Shown: positions 9,302-17,850 of the stretch, piece after piece
Layout of the letters: each line of letters begins with the position of its first letter
Position numbering within the stretch: position 1 is the stretch's first letter
Assembly: GCA_963845065.1 (NCBI GenBank)
Contig: CAWJQQ010000003.1
Coordinates: 96,001-160,000 of the forward strand
Source of the DNA: Nitrospirota bacterium
Lineage (GTDB): Bacteria > Nitrospirota > UBA9217
Direction of reading: 5' to 3'
Length of the DNA stretch: 64,000 bases
Notes under the pieces: model-generated
The model's input: the letters and a program-made list of their open reading frames with translations, nothing else
Told to the model about the DNA's origin: nothing
Databases searched by the model: none
Made by a program: the position numbers and the translations under genes

Positions 9302-10708
9302 CAGACTGTCCGACAATTCATTGTTCTATGGGGATATCTTCAGAACAAAACTAATAAGCTAACTGAAATGGCGATTGGAGCCGGATCTGACGAGGTGTTT
9401 TATCCCCATCTCCTTCTTTCTTCCGAAGACATAACCAGATTCTCTTCAGATTCCTTGCTGCACAGGCCAGATTGAACTCTGTCTTTGCCCCCTGTATACC
9501 TCTGGCTAAGAATGCCCGCAGTCCTTGATTCTCCTTGATGTCTCCGATGACCGGTTCCACGATTTGCTGTCGTAGCTTATATACCCCTTTTGCTTGCGGC
9601 GTCTTCATCTTCGCCACCATGGAGTTTCTCTCTGTCTCCCATGGATACATCTTGAGATATCGTATCCCATCTTTCCGCTTTGTACATTTGCTCTGGCTCT
9701 GGCAAGTAGGGCATGCATTACCTTTATATATCTTGTTCTTCAGCTTGTCAAAATGTGCTCCCAGAAAGGGTAGCGGCTTGTTTTCCGGGCATCGATATTC
9801 ATCCCTGATCGCGTCGTATTGAAAATGCTCCTTGTCATACCGTGATCTGAGGACTATAGGATAGCTCGATCCGACCTTTCTTGTTCTTCATAAAGCGGCT
9901 TTCCGGGTCAGTGATGCTGACCTTCTTTAGCTTCTGGTCGTCTGCTTCCCTCTTGGCATTTTCAAGACGATTTTGTACTTCTTCTTTAAAAGACGGCCCT
10001 TTCTCACGGACCTTCTTGATGTAATATTGTGCCGCTTTCCGAATGGTCTTCTTGCTCTGTTGCGGCAACTGATCGCTTCCCCGCAAGTCGCCGAACTCGC
10101 TGTCTTCCCGGCTATCCTGTCTTGACCATTCCTCAAGCTCGTCGTCGACAAATTTCAGCAAAACTCTTAGTTCATCCTTATTCATCACTCTCTGGTTCGA
10201 TGCATTGGCTTTTACCTTGCTCCCGTCCGTCGAAAGATGAGACAGGTCGAGAAGGCCTTCTTGCCTGGCAAAGCTTACTGTGTGCTTAAACACTTCCTTT
10301 ACGAGAGCTGGGTTGTCCTTTCGAAAGTCGCTAATCGTCCTGAAATCAGGAGTTAGCTTCTCGGATAAATACAGGTACACTACGTTTTCGCGGGCATTCC
10401 GGGCAAGACGGCGTGAAGACCGCACTCTGTCCAGGACTCCCATGACCAAGAGCTTTAGCAGGATACTTGGATGATAGGCAGGATGTCCTGCGCCGGAGTA
10501 TTTGATGTCGAATGCCTGGTAATCAAGATTATCCACAATGCTTTCTACCAAAAAGCAGATATGGTCCTCAGGAATCAACCCCTCTATGCTCGGTGGTAAT
10601 AACCACGCTTGGTCTTTGTGCGAGCGTATGTATGTCATCTCCCGCTCTCCTTGTCCGATTAATTTCATCCTATTCTACCATATCAAATACGAATTGTCGG
10701 ACAGCCTG
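9302..10708 (-). mobile_element. IS1182-family insertion sequence (internally deleted)
   Basis: 18-bp terminal inverted repeats, CAGACTGTCCGACAATTC (9302-9319) and GAATTGTCGGACAGCCTG (10691-10708), 17/18 match; 4-bp direct repeat GTGA at 9298-9301 and 10709-10712. Confidence 0.92.
9351..10638 (-). pseudogene. IS1182 transposase, disrupted by internal deletion/frameshift
   Basis: N-terminal WLLPPS, GHPAYHP, SSRRL, PDFRTISDFRK, DGSKVKANAS, TDPESRFMK, stop at 9835; another frame carries Cys motifs and YKLRQQIVEPVIGDIK...NLKR. The central catalytic segment is absent. Confidence 0.88.
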
Positions 10709-11011
10709 GTGAGGCCGGGGAGAATGTCAATTAAGACTCACTATAAAAAAAAATATTCATACCTATGAAGTTTGCAAACAAGTTATATTCATGAAACTAG
10801 TATAGTATCAATACTCTTCAATTAATATAATAAGATATCCATTTCTCTAATATCATGAAGACAGTAAGATGAATTCGTTAGCGTTGTTACTGCAAAATAC
10901 CTCATCAGAATCGTTGACAACTTAGGAAAGAAGCTGGGTGCAAGTTTGAGAAAGTCGCCCCTTATCACACAAGCATCATTTGTTGCTGTTGCAGCGATCA
11001 TGACCAGACTT

Positions 11012-12004
11012 TTAGAACACAAGGTTTGAAGTGTATATCCGGTAGAGCACGATAATACCAAAAAGGGCATAGCAGACAAAAGATGAGAGGGCAAGCTTTT
11101 TTTGAAGCGCTGGAATAACGTCAACGAGACTTGCCCTTTTTCTAAAAGGCATGATAATGCCAACACCCATACCAGAGACTGCTCCGCTAAGCAAGGTCAT
11201 GTAAAGGGGATATCCTACATATCCGTACTCTTTACGAAGCACACAGAATGGGCAATGGTGCATGGGAAGTTCGTAGATGTAGGGCCCAATGAAAGAGATT
11301 AACGATACCAGGGCGACTGGGAGAAGGACAACTGAATTAAACCCATGGAAATAGGCTCCCTTGCCTGTACGATAAAAAAGAACGCTTGCACCGAGGGCTG
11401 TGGCCAGGTTGATGGAAAAAATGATTTTAATTGGCTGTGGTGGAAACGAGCTCAGACTCGAAGCAACGCCTGATCCGCTGCCGCTAAAGAGGCTGCCGCA
11501 GCAGGAAGTTATGATGTCGGCATGAAGGCCAAGAAAGTAGAGAGCCTGCAGTACTGCTTCAGCGACGATGAACGGTGTGAGCAAGGCAAGAAAGGCATAC
11601 TTGATCCTTATGAGCGGGTAGTCGTACCCTCGGTTATCAGCATAGTTTATGATGAGCCAGAAACCGGCCAGGATGAAGTTCGCGAGCTTGAGGAGGAGAA
11701 CTGGAAAGCCGTAGCTGTTGACTTGGAGTGTGCCCACGGCGCACATTGCCCCGGTAAAGAGGGTACAGAGGCTGTCCGCCGTGTAAACATATAAAAAAAG
11801 GGAAAAAAGCTGAAATCCGAAAACATACGCGAGGATAGTTGAAATGAGGTACGTTCTTCGCTCAAGCTCGAGTTGGTTACCGCTGCCGCTTCCGATGTCC
11901 CATTTCCTGATGATTAGGATGCCGTAATAGTCCGCGTATAACGTAAGAAAACTTATCATGCAGGATGAGACTAGCAGTGCGATTATCGCGGGATGCAGGA
12001 TCAT
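11012..12004 (-). CDS. Multi-pass membrane protein with Cys/His motifs, function unknown
   Basis: Many hydrophobic segments; TGAMCAVG, TSCCGSLF, YELPMHHCPFC; ATGA overlap with the ABC ATPase. Confidence 0.85.
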   Translation of the reverse strand: MILHPAIIALLVSSCMISFLTLYADYYGILIIRKWDIGSGSGNQLELERRTYLISTILAYVFGFQLFSLFLYVYTADSLCTLFTGAMCAVGTLQVNSYGFPVLLLKLANFILAGFWLIINYADNRGYDYPLIRIKYAFLALLTPFIVAEAVLQALYFLGLHADIITSCCGSLFSGSGSGVASSLSSFPPQPIKIIFSINLATALGASVLFYRTGKGAYFHGFNSVVLLPVALVSLISFIGPYIYELPMHHCPFCVLRKEYGYVGYPLYMTLLSGAVSGMGVGIIMPFRKRASLVDVIPALQKKLALSSFVCYALFGIIVLYRIYTSNLVF

Positions 12005-12687
12005 ACTTCCGCTCCTTCAATCTTGCCGTCGCGCATGGTGATGACTCGGTCGATAACAGCTGCTTCGTAAACGAGAGGATCGTGGCTAGCGATAATGACT
12101 GTCTTTTGCTGCTCTTTCAAGCGGTAGACGATCTCCATGAATTCACGGGATAGTTTGGTATCGAGGTGCGCTGTCGGTTCGTCAGCTATGACGACTCCGG
12201 GATTGTTGATCAGTGACCGCGCGATTGCTGTGCGCTGGGCCTCACCGCCGGAAAGCCATTCGGCCTTTGACGATGCACGCCCCCCGATGCCGAAAAGCTT
12301 AAGGAGTTCTTGAGCATGTTTTTTCAGCACGTCATGGGGACCGCCTAGCGGGTATGCCGGCAACATCACATTTTCAAGAGCCGAAATCCCCTTTACGAGG
12401 TTAAACTGCTGGAAGATAAATCCGAAATGGGTACGGCGGATTTCGGTCAGAAAGCGTTCGGGAAGGCTCGAGATCTCCCGGTCACCGAGGAATATCCTGC
12501 CTGAAGTGGGCCGGGCCATGCATCCGGCTAGGGACAGGAGTGTGGTTTTGCCGGAACCGCTCGGTCCCTTGAACACGGTAATCTTTTTTGCTTCCAGGGA
12601 GACAGTCACTCCGTCCACCGCAACTAGCTCGTAGGATTTCCCCTCGTTGAAAACCTTGCGGATATTTTTCAGTACGAGCATCATCAT
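12001..12687 (-). CDS. ABC transporter ATP-binding protein (LolD/MacB-like)
   Basis: GPSGSGKT, GFIFQQFNL, LSGGEAQR, IADEPTAHLD, ASHD. Confidence 0.92.
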   Translation of the reverse strand: MMMLVLKNIRKVFNEGKSYELVAVDGVTVSLEAKKITVFKGPSGSGKTTLLSLAGCMARPTSGRIFLGDREISSLPERFLTEIRRTHFGFIFQQFNLVKGISALENVMLPAYPLGGPHDVLKKHAQELLKLFGIGGRASSKAEWLSGGEAQRTAIARSLINNPGVVIADEPTAHLDTKLSREFMEIVYRLKEQQKTVIIASHDPLVYEAAVIDRVITMRDGKIEGAEV

Positions 12688-13820
12688 GACCTCATCACCG
12701 AATCCGGGTCAATGGTGGCGGCATGCCAGGAAGGGACGATGGTCGCCACGGTATAAGGCACCACGGTCAGGAAAAAGAGCGTGGCGACCTGGTACGGATC
12801 TATGAAAGGCACAAGCCTGAACTCTGGGTAAAGGACAGACCAGCCCTTGAGCACGGGCTCGAAAAGGATCGCTGACGTGAAAAAAATATGAATATAGGCA
12901 AGGAGAATGCCGGCCAGGAACGATGAGAGCGAAATTACCGCACCTTCCCAGAATTTCATGAGTAGAATATCCGAAGTTTCCCATCCCACAGCTTTCAAAA
13001 TACCTATTTCTTTTTTTTCTTCGGCGCTCAGACCCGAAGCTTTATCCCATGACACGATGATGAACGCGAGTACAGATCCGGTGAGTATGGCTACGATGAT
13101 TCCGCTTCTCCAGTCAAATATGGACTCGTAGGTCCTCAAAATTTCTCTCTTCGTGATGGGACGGGTATTGGGGAATAGTTTGACGATTTTTTCCGCTATG
13201 GTGGGGATCTCTTGTGCATTCCTTACCTTGAGGGTGATATCAGTAACCAGGTCTTTACTCGTACCAAATAGCCTCCGGTAATCGGATTCCGAAACAAGCA
13301 GGAGGTCCGATGAGACGATTTCTGATTCCGATGAAAAAACATCGCGGATATGGAAGGGGATCGATATCCCGTCGTAAGCGTGCAGCGGAATCATATCATC
13401 CTTAACAGCCAACCGCACCCGCGAGACTCCGCTGCCGATGGTTATATCACCGGCTCCATACTGAAATTTATCAGGAACCATGATGGTGTAATTCGCGCCG
13501 ATTTCAGAATCGTAATAGTAGCCCCATAGCCTCCCGCGAACAGAAGTGACACCCTTGATTTTGTTTAAAACCTCTACGTATTTTCTAGGAATTGGCTCAT
13601 ATCTGCCTTCTGACATCCGTTGGACTACGATTTCAGGCGCGCCCCGTAGTGTGAGCGCAGCCTCCCGCTTGAGCGCGTGGGTGAAGAACATAACAGATGC
13701 GAGGAGAAAAACGAGCAGGGTATAAACAAGCAGAAGGGCGATGTTTTTCCCTTTTCTCCGTGAAAGTGAAGAGAGGGTAAAATCGATGATGTTGCGTTGT
13801 TTCTCAATCCATGAGCGCAT
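12684..13820 (-). CDS. ABC transporter permease (FtsX/MacB-like)
   Basis: N-terminal TM, periplasmic domain, 'KKEIGILKAVGW', three C-terminal TMs, 'PSWHAATIDP'. Confidence 0.88.
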   Translation of the reverse strand: MRSWIEKQRNIIDFTLSSLSRRKGKNIALLLVYTLLVFLLASVMFFTHALKREAALTLRGAPEIVVQRMSEGRYEPIPRKYVEVLNKIKGVTSVRGRLWGYYYDSEIGANYTIMVPDKFQYGAGDITIGSGVSRVRLAVKDDMIPLHAYDGISIPFHIRDVFSSESEIVSSDLLLVSESDYRRLFGTSKDLVTDITLKVRNAQEIPTIAEKIVKLFPNTRPITKREILRTYESIFDWRSGIIVAILTGSVLAFIIVSWDKASGLSAEEKKEIGILKAVGWETSDILLMKFWEGAVISLSSFLAGILLAYIHIFFTSAILFEPVLKGWSVLYPEFRLVPFIDPYQVATLFFLTVVPYTVATIVPSWHAATIDPDSVMRS

Positions 13821-14112
13821 GATTTTCGGCGTTCCTCCGATACGGCATAATCAGCGAGCCTGACGGGAAATGTTCCAGAGAGCAGGGATGATCCTGGAAG
13901 GGCGCGTAAAAATCGGCCAGTGAAGGGTTACGTGTATAACGCGCCTCGGTGAAAAGGCAGAGGTCGGTCAGTTCGAGTGTGCGTACGAGTCTGGCGTTTT
14001 CCCGAAGTTCCGGTGCCCGTCGATTTTGCAGATACTGCGAATGGACAAAAGCCGCTGCCAGGAATAGACTGCTGACGCCAAGATAAACGAAAAAAAAAGA
14101 GGATTTTCTCAT
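13804..14112 (-). CDS. Small exported or membrane-anchored hypothetical protein
   Basis: N-terminal hydrophobic segment, then 'LTDLCLFTEARYTRNPSLAD...FQDHPCSLEHFPSGS'; tightly packed in the operon. Confidence 0.75.
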   Translation of the reverse strand: MRKSSFFFVYLGVSSLFLAAAFVHSQYLQNRRAPELRENARLVRTLELTDLCLFTEARYTRNPSLADFYAPFQDHPCSLEHFPSGSLIMPYRRNAENHALMD

Positions 14113-14116
14113 CTAG

Positions 14117-14659
14117 TTACTCGAATTCACTAAGAACTTTAGGAGTGATGTCGTGGAAGTGGAGAATTCTCTTTCCTGCGTGGTCTTTCACAAATTCCGT
14201 TGCATCCGTTTCTTTCTCAAAGGAGACGAATTCATTACCCATCGGACCGTTTATGTTGCTGCCGGTGACGAAGAAAGACCTGTATGCGTCGATGGGATGG
14301 ACACTATAATAATCGGAAACATAGATGCTCACGATATCCTCCCGCTGTCGGGAGGGCTCATATTTTTTCAAATTAGCAAGATATTTGAACATGTCCTTAG
14401 GGCCATCAAAAACCCTGTAGGTCCCGTCACGATAGATAATCTCAGCGGTCCAATCGGGGAATTTCGCGACAAACATACCGCAGACTGGACATTTATCCTG
14501 GGTTAACGGTTTGATATATGTTTTATCGCTAGCAACGGCATGTGAGTTGAAGAGGAAGGTCGATGCAATCGTAATAAGGAGCACGAAATACGGGAACAAG
14601 ATGCACACGCCAAGGGGCGGGCGATGATTGACTTTTTTTGGCATTTGCATTACATTCAT
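14117..14659 (-). CDS. NosL-family copper-binding accessory protein
   Basis: CPVCGMFV, FDGPKDMFKY, VSDYY, GPMG...FVKDHAGK. Exact start uncertain. Confidence 0.85.
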   Translation of the reverse strand: MNVMQMPKKVNHRPPLGVCILFPYFVLLITIASTFLFNSHAVASDKTYIKPLTQDKCPVCGMFVAKFPDWTAEIIYRDGTYRVFDGPKDMFKYLANLKKYEPSRQREDIVSIYVSDYYSVHPIDAYRSFFVTGSNINGPMGNEFVSFEKETDATEFVKDHAGKRILHFHDITPKVLSEFE

Positions 14660-14823
14660 TTCGGATATTTTGAGAGAAAATGTAGGGCGATCTCTTGTGA
14701 GAATATACCACAGACATGAGGAAAATAAAAGTTATTTTGTGGTATGTCGTTATTTAGTATCCTCGTTGCGTGCGCAGCGATTTATGGCTATCCAACCTGT
14801 TATGAAAAAGGTTCCATGCTTTT

Positions 14824-15291
14824 TTAGAAACGACGTGTCGGCAACTCACTGGATTTCGTGACGACAAGGGGCACCTGGATCTCACCGGATTTCTTGAAAA
14901 CTAGGGTAAGAGTAAAATGATAACCCTGGTTCAATTTGGCGGGTATGCTCTCCAGCATTATATGGGAGCCCCCCTTAGCGAGGTCAAGCTTGCCCTTCGC
15001 CGGTACACGTAATGCCTTGGACAAGACCATCACGGAGCCTCTTATTTCATGTATATCGGCCAGAGCGCCCGGGATACTGGTCCTAGCGCCTATGAGAGTG
15101 TCCTTTCCTCCATCATTCTGTATTGTCAGGAAAACCGAGGCCTCATCGCGCATTGCCTCGGATAATTCAATTCGCGCATTTTCAATGCGCAGTCTAGGCG
15201 GTTCATTGTTGCATCCAGCGAAGAGAGTCATGCCGAATATGATCGCAATCATATACAACGTGATTAAACGTCTGTAACTATTCCTCTTCAT
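14824..15291 (-). CDS. Copper chaperone PCu(A)C, lipoprotein
   Basis: Lipobox LFAGC; 'VFLTIQNDGGKDTLIGA', H...M...GGSHIML copper motif; RBS GGAGG before ATG 15291. Confidence 0.85.
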   Translation of the reverse strand: MKRNSYRRLITLYMIAIIFGMTLFAGCNNEPPRLRIENARIELSEAMRDEASVFLTIQNDGGKDTLIGARTSIPGALADIHEIRGSVMVLSKALRVPAKGKLDLAKGGSHIMLESIPAKLNQGYHFTLTLVFKKSGEIQVPLVVTKSSELPTRRF

Positions 15292-15586
15292 ATACAATCC
15301 TCCCCCCATAATGCCCTTTTATTAAGCTATCATCCACCCTACGTCGAAGATAATCCGAGTTCAAGAGGAACTTATACAAGTATTATTTATCTGCTCATTG
15401 TTCTCTACTGATTCAGCTTTAGATTCCGCCTCGCAGTGGAGGGACATTTGCCATGATGTTCACGGAGACTACAGATTGATGATAAATAAGATTTTAATAA
15501 AACTAACTTACTATTTACATAGTTTTTTATTGGCACTCTCTACAGACGCTGCCGCAACTATCTTTTAGAAATTCGGTATATCCAGA

Positions 15587-16417
15587 TCAAGTATATACCT
15601 TTTGACCAATGAAGTGATCCTCTTTATAAATATCTGGTCTTGAATACACATCAGTTCTACTGCTGGGATGAAAAGGACCATCCAGAAGAAGTAATGACTG
15701 ATCAAGGGTAGTTTGAGAACGACTACGTCGGTAATAGCAATGCTTGCAGTGCAGGTCGCAGGTCTGTGTGATATGCCACTGGAGCGTGAACGACGGCGAT
15801 GACAGGTATTGTTCGGGGATGCAATTGTTTCGAGGAAAGAGCTTGGGATCTCGTCGGATGCGAGAGGGCGGAGTGAATACAAGACCGCTTGCTATAGCAC
15901 GAAACAACGCGGCATCAACAGTTCCCACCAGCAGACCGCCCTGGGCTGCGACAACCTTGGACGATATTCCTTCTACGACCATTTTGAGTACCAGGAGATC
16001 TTCATCTGATACTGGTCGCGCTGACACGCGATCCTTGAACGGATCGTACCAAAGGAGAACGCGTTCACGTGCTTGAATAGGATGTACGGCGGGAATATTC
16101 TGATCAGGATGAAGGTGTGGGACAAGGTTCTTCCACGACAATTCGATGATCTGGATTGTTGGATTAACCAAGGGCTGGCTTACTGCCTTTGGAAGGGATG
16201 CCTTCCCAATTTCGACTGTGTTGGCGATCTCCTCGAGACGGGCAAGCTCCGATAGGAATGCAGGTAACGTATTCTTGCCAATCTCCAAAAGCACAGACGA
16301 TAACGAATGTTCAGCAAGCTCTTTGGCACACTGTATGGATAGCCGAGTCCATGCTGCTTCGCCCAGCACTGACCGGCATGCTCGGTATCGGTCCTCAGAA
16401 TTATTATTGAGCCACAT
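15587..16417 (-). pseudogene. sbtM: SbtM-type (selenobiotic family) radical SAM peptide maturase, truncated just after the CxxxCxxC motif
   Basis: N-terminal extension (LARLE, VNPTIQII, DLLVLKMVVEG), then FTLQWHITQTCDLHCKHCY (Cys motif 15737-15760). The ORF stops about 50 codons later with no GGEP, barrel or SPASM domain. Lies downstream of an SbtA-like precursor. Confidence 0.8.
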
Positions 16418-16552
16418 AAAACACCAGGCTCCTGCCTGGTGATGTAGTGGCCGCCCGAAGGGCGCAAGCAGCAATATCGCTTGTAAAATTCTTAGTGTTC
16501 ATATGGACTACGTTAACCTGATGATTGTTGTACGCCAATTGATGTCGTGATT

Positions 16553-16579
16553 TAAGAAACCCCCAGCTCCCGTTGGGGG
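16553..16579 (-). terminator. Possible intrinsic terminator between precursor and maturase
   Basis: Minus strand CCCCCA-ACGGGAGC-TGGGGG followed by TTTCTT. Confidence 0.4.
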
Positions 16580-16755
16580 AGGGTCACTTTGTTAAAAGAT
16601 TCATGGTCGTGACTACAATATCCCGGAAGTGAACAGCGTATATATCATCACTCCCGGGATCAATCAACTCCATGCTCCTTCTGAATGAATCAGGATTGGC
16701 CGGACGCTAATGCCTGCCGGTATTTTTTCTGGAGCATTGTATAGTGCGAACTGCA

Positions 16756-17040
16756 CTATTTGTTGCTGCTTCCGCCGCCAGATGGCACTGGCGTAGCAGA
16801 ATCGGCTTTTGAACCGCTTCAGCCCCCTGTCGGAGTCGGTTCAGAAGTCGGAGTAGCGTTTGATACATTTAAACTGCTCTTTGTTATAGTCTGTTCAGTA
16901 GTAACGCTTTTACCATCCTTCCCGCTGACTGAGTTGTCCGCAGCATTGCACATACCGGCTCCCATTATGAGTCCAGCACTAGCAAGCAATCCGGCAATAC
17001 TGAACCCCGCCAGGTACTTTTTCAGATCCTGGGTTTCCAT
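16756..17040 (-). CDS. sbtA: SbtA-family thio(seleno)oxazole RiPP precursor, 94 aa, predicted selenocysteine at codon 74
   Basis: Leader METQDLKKYLAGFSIAGLL; RBS GGAGG; TGA at 16821-16819 in the context TGG-U-SGS; frame continues 20 codons to TAG 16758-16756; SECIS-like hairpin; adjacent SbtM-type gene. Confidence 0.82.
16770..16801 (-). promoter_or_regulatory. Candidate bacterial SECIS element
   Basis: TTCTGC-TA-CGCCAG-[TGCCAT]-CTGGCG-GCGGAA, starting 17 nt after the UGA; loop begins 31 nt after the UGA with G at loop position 2. Confidence 0.7.
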
Positions 17041-17171
17041 GATTCACCTCCTTCCCATTTTATTACGCTTTACACAAGGGAATAACATATCGATTCCTGC
17101 CGCATGCATAAAATAACACTCTGGACGGAATTATCAAAAACTGACTCCGTTATGAATGACGAATATTCTTA

Positions 17172-17199
17172 ATTTTATCATCCTTCTGTGGCGTGTCAA
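17172..17199 (-). promoter_or_regulatory. Putative sigma70 promoter upstream of sbtA
   Basis: Minus strand TTGACA, 16-nt spacer ending TGA (extended -10 TGn), TAAAAT. Confidence 0.5.
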
Positions 17200-17559
17200 G
17201 AAAAGTAACACGTTTTATTCTTCTTTTCGAGACGTTTGTGCCTGCAGGCGCACGGCCAGCTCGATTTCAGCTCCCCGAGAGGGACATCGTATGGAACTCC
17301 TGGAGAGTAAGTTTCTTTGTCCGACGAGATGTTGGATGACTCTGTGGTGGAAAGACAGTATCATTATGGACTACAAGGTTAGCGGTTAGGGAATTGCAGG
17401 CTCAAGAGGATAATCGTTGACAAGTTTAACATCTAACCGGAGAAGCTGGCGATTGGCGCTTATGTGGGCAAGGGACTTCTGAACGGTAGTCTCCATAGTA
17501 GCCCATCGGGAATCAGGACCATCCCTAAGCCGAAATGGAATGTCGCTTTAAGGGCATGT

Positions 17560-17850
17560 TCCTGAGCGCACCGCCACGATTCAGCAGGTGCTGGCTGTTC
17601 CTTCAATGTCGCGCAGCGTTCGGATGTGGCATTTCTGAGCACAGACGAAATACAAGCAATCGTACAGGCTGCCTACATCAGCTTGTGAAGCGGTCTGAGC
17701 AATCATGTCATGTTTGCCACTCTGTACAACATCGGAGCAATAGTATCGGAGTTCACAGCCTTGAAAGTGAAGGATGTGTCTCTAGTCAGGTCACCGTCGG
17801 TACGGATCATGGGAAAAGGCAGAATGGAACGTAGGATGCCCCCTGTGGAA
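17560..17850 (+). pseudogene. Tyrosine recombinase fragment (RIT-element-like)
   Basis: From 17626: VAFLSTDEIQAIV...L*SGLSNHVMFATLYNIGAIVSEFTALKVKDV...MGKGRMER; catalytic Arg of G-A-R reads Ile, internal stop, both ends lost. Confidence 0.7.

Larger units (their letters stand above)
9273..10730 (+). repeat. 47-bp IS200/IS605 solo-hairpin mini-element, split by IS1182 (parts 9273-9301 and 10713-10730)
   Basis: TTTAT 9268-9272. Removing the IS1182 and one GTGA gives CTCAATGCGCCGTAAGACCCCGGCCGTGAGGCCGGGGAGAATGTCAA; the first 38 nt are identical to 4644-4681. Confidence 0.85.

Noticed and set aside
14117..14659. NosL as evidence for N2O reduction
   Set aside because: No nosZ, nosD or nosR in the window; NosL-family proteins occur outside nos clusters.
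16760..17116. 118-aa plus-strand ORF
   Set aside because: Antisense shadow of sbtA, which has the RBS, family leader and context.
17686..17688. TGA in the recombinase fragment as Sec (same TGAAGCGGT context as sbtA)
   Set aside because: Falls at a probable Trp position in a fragment with a mutated catalytic Arg; no SECIS-like hairpin.
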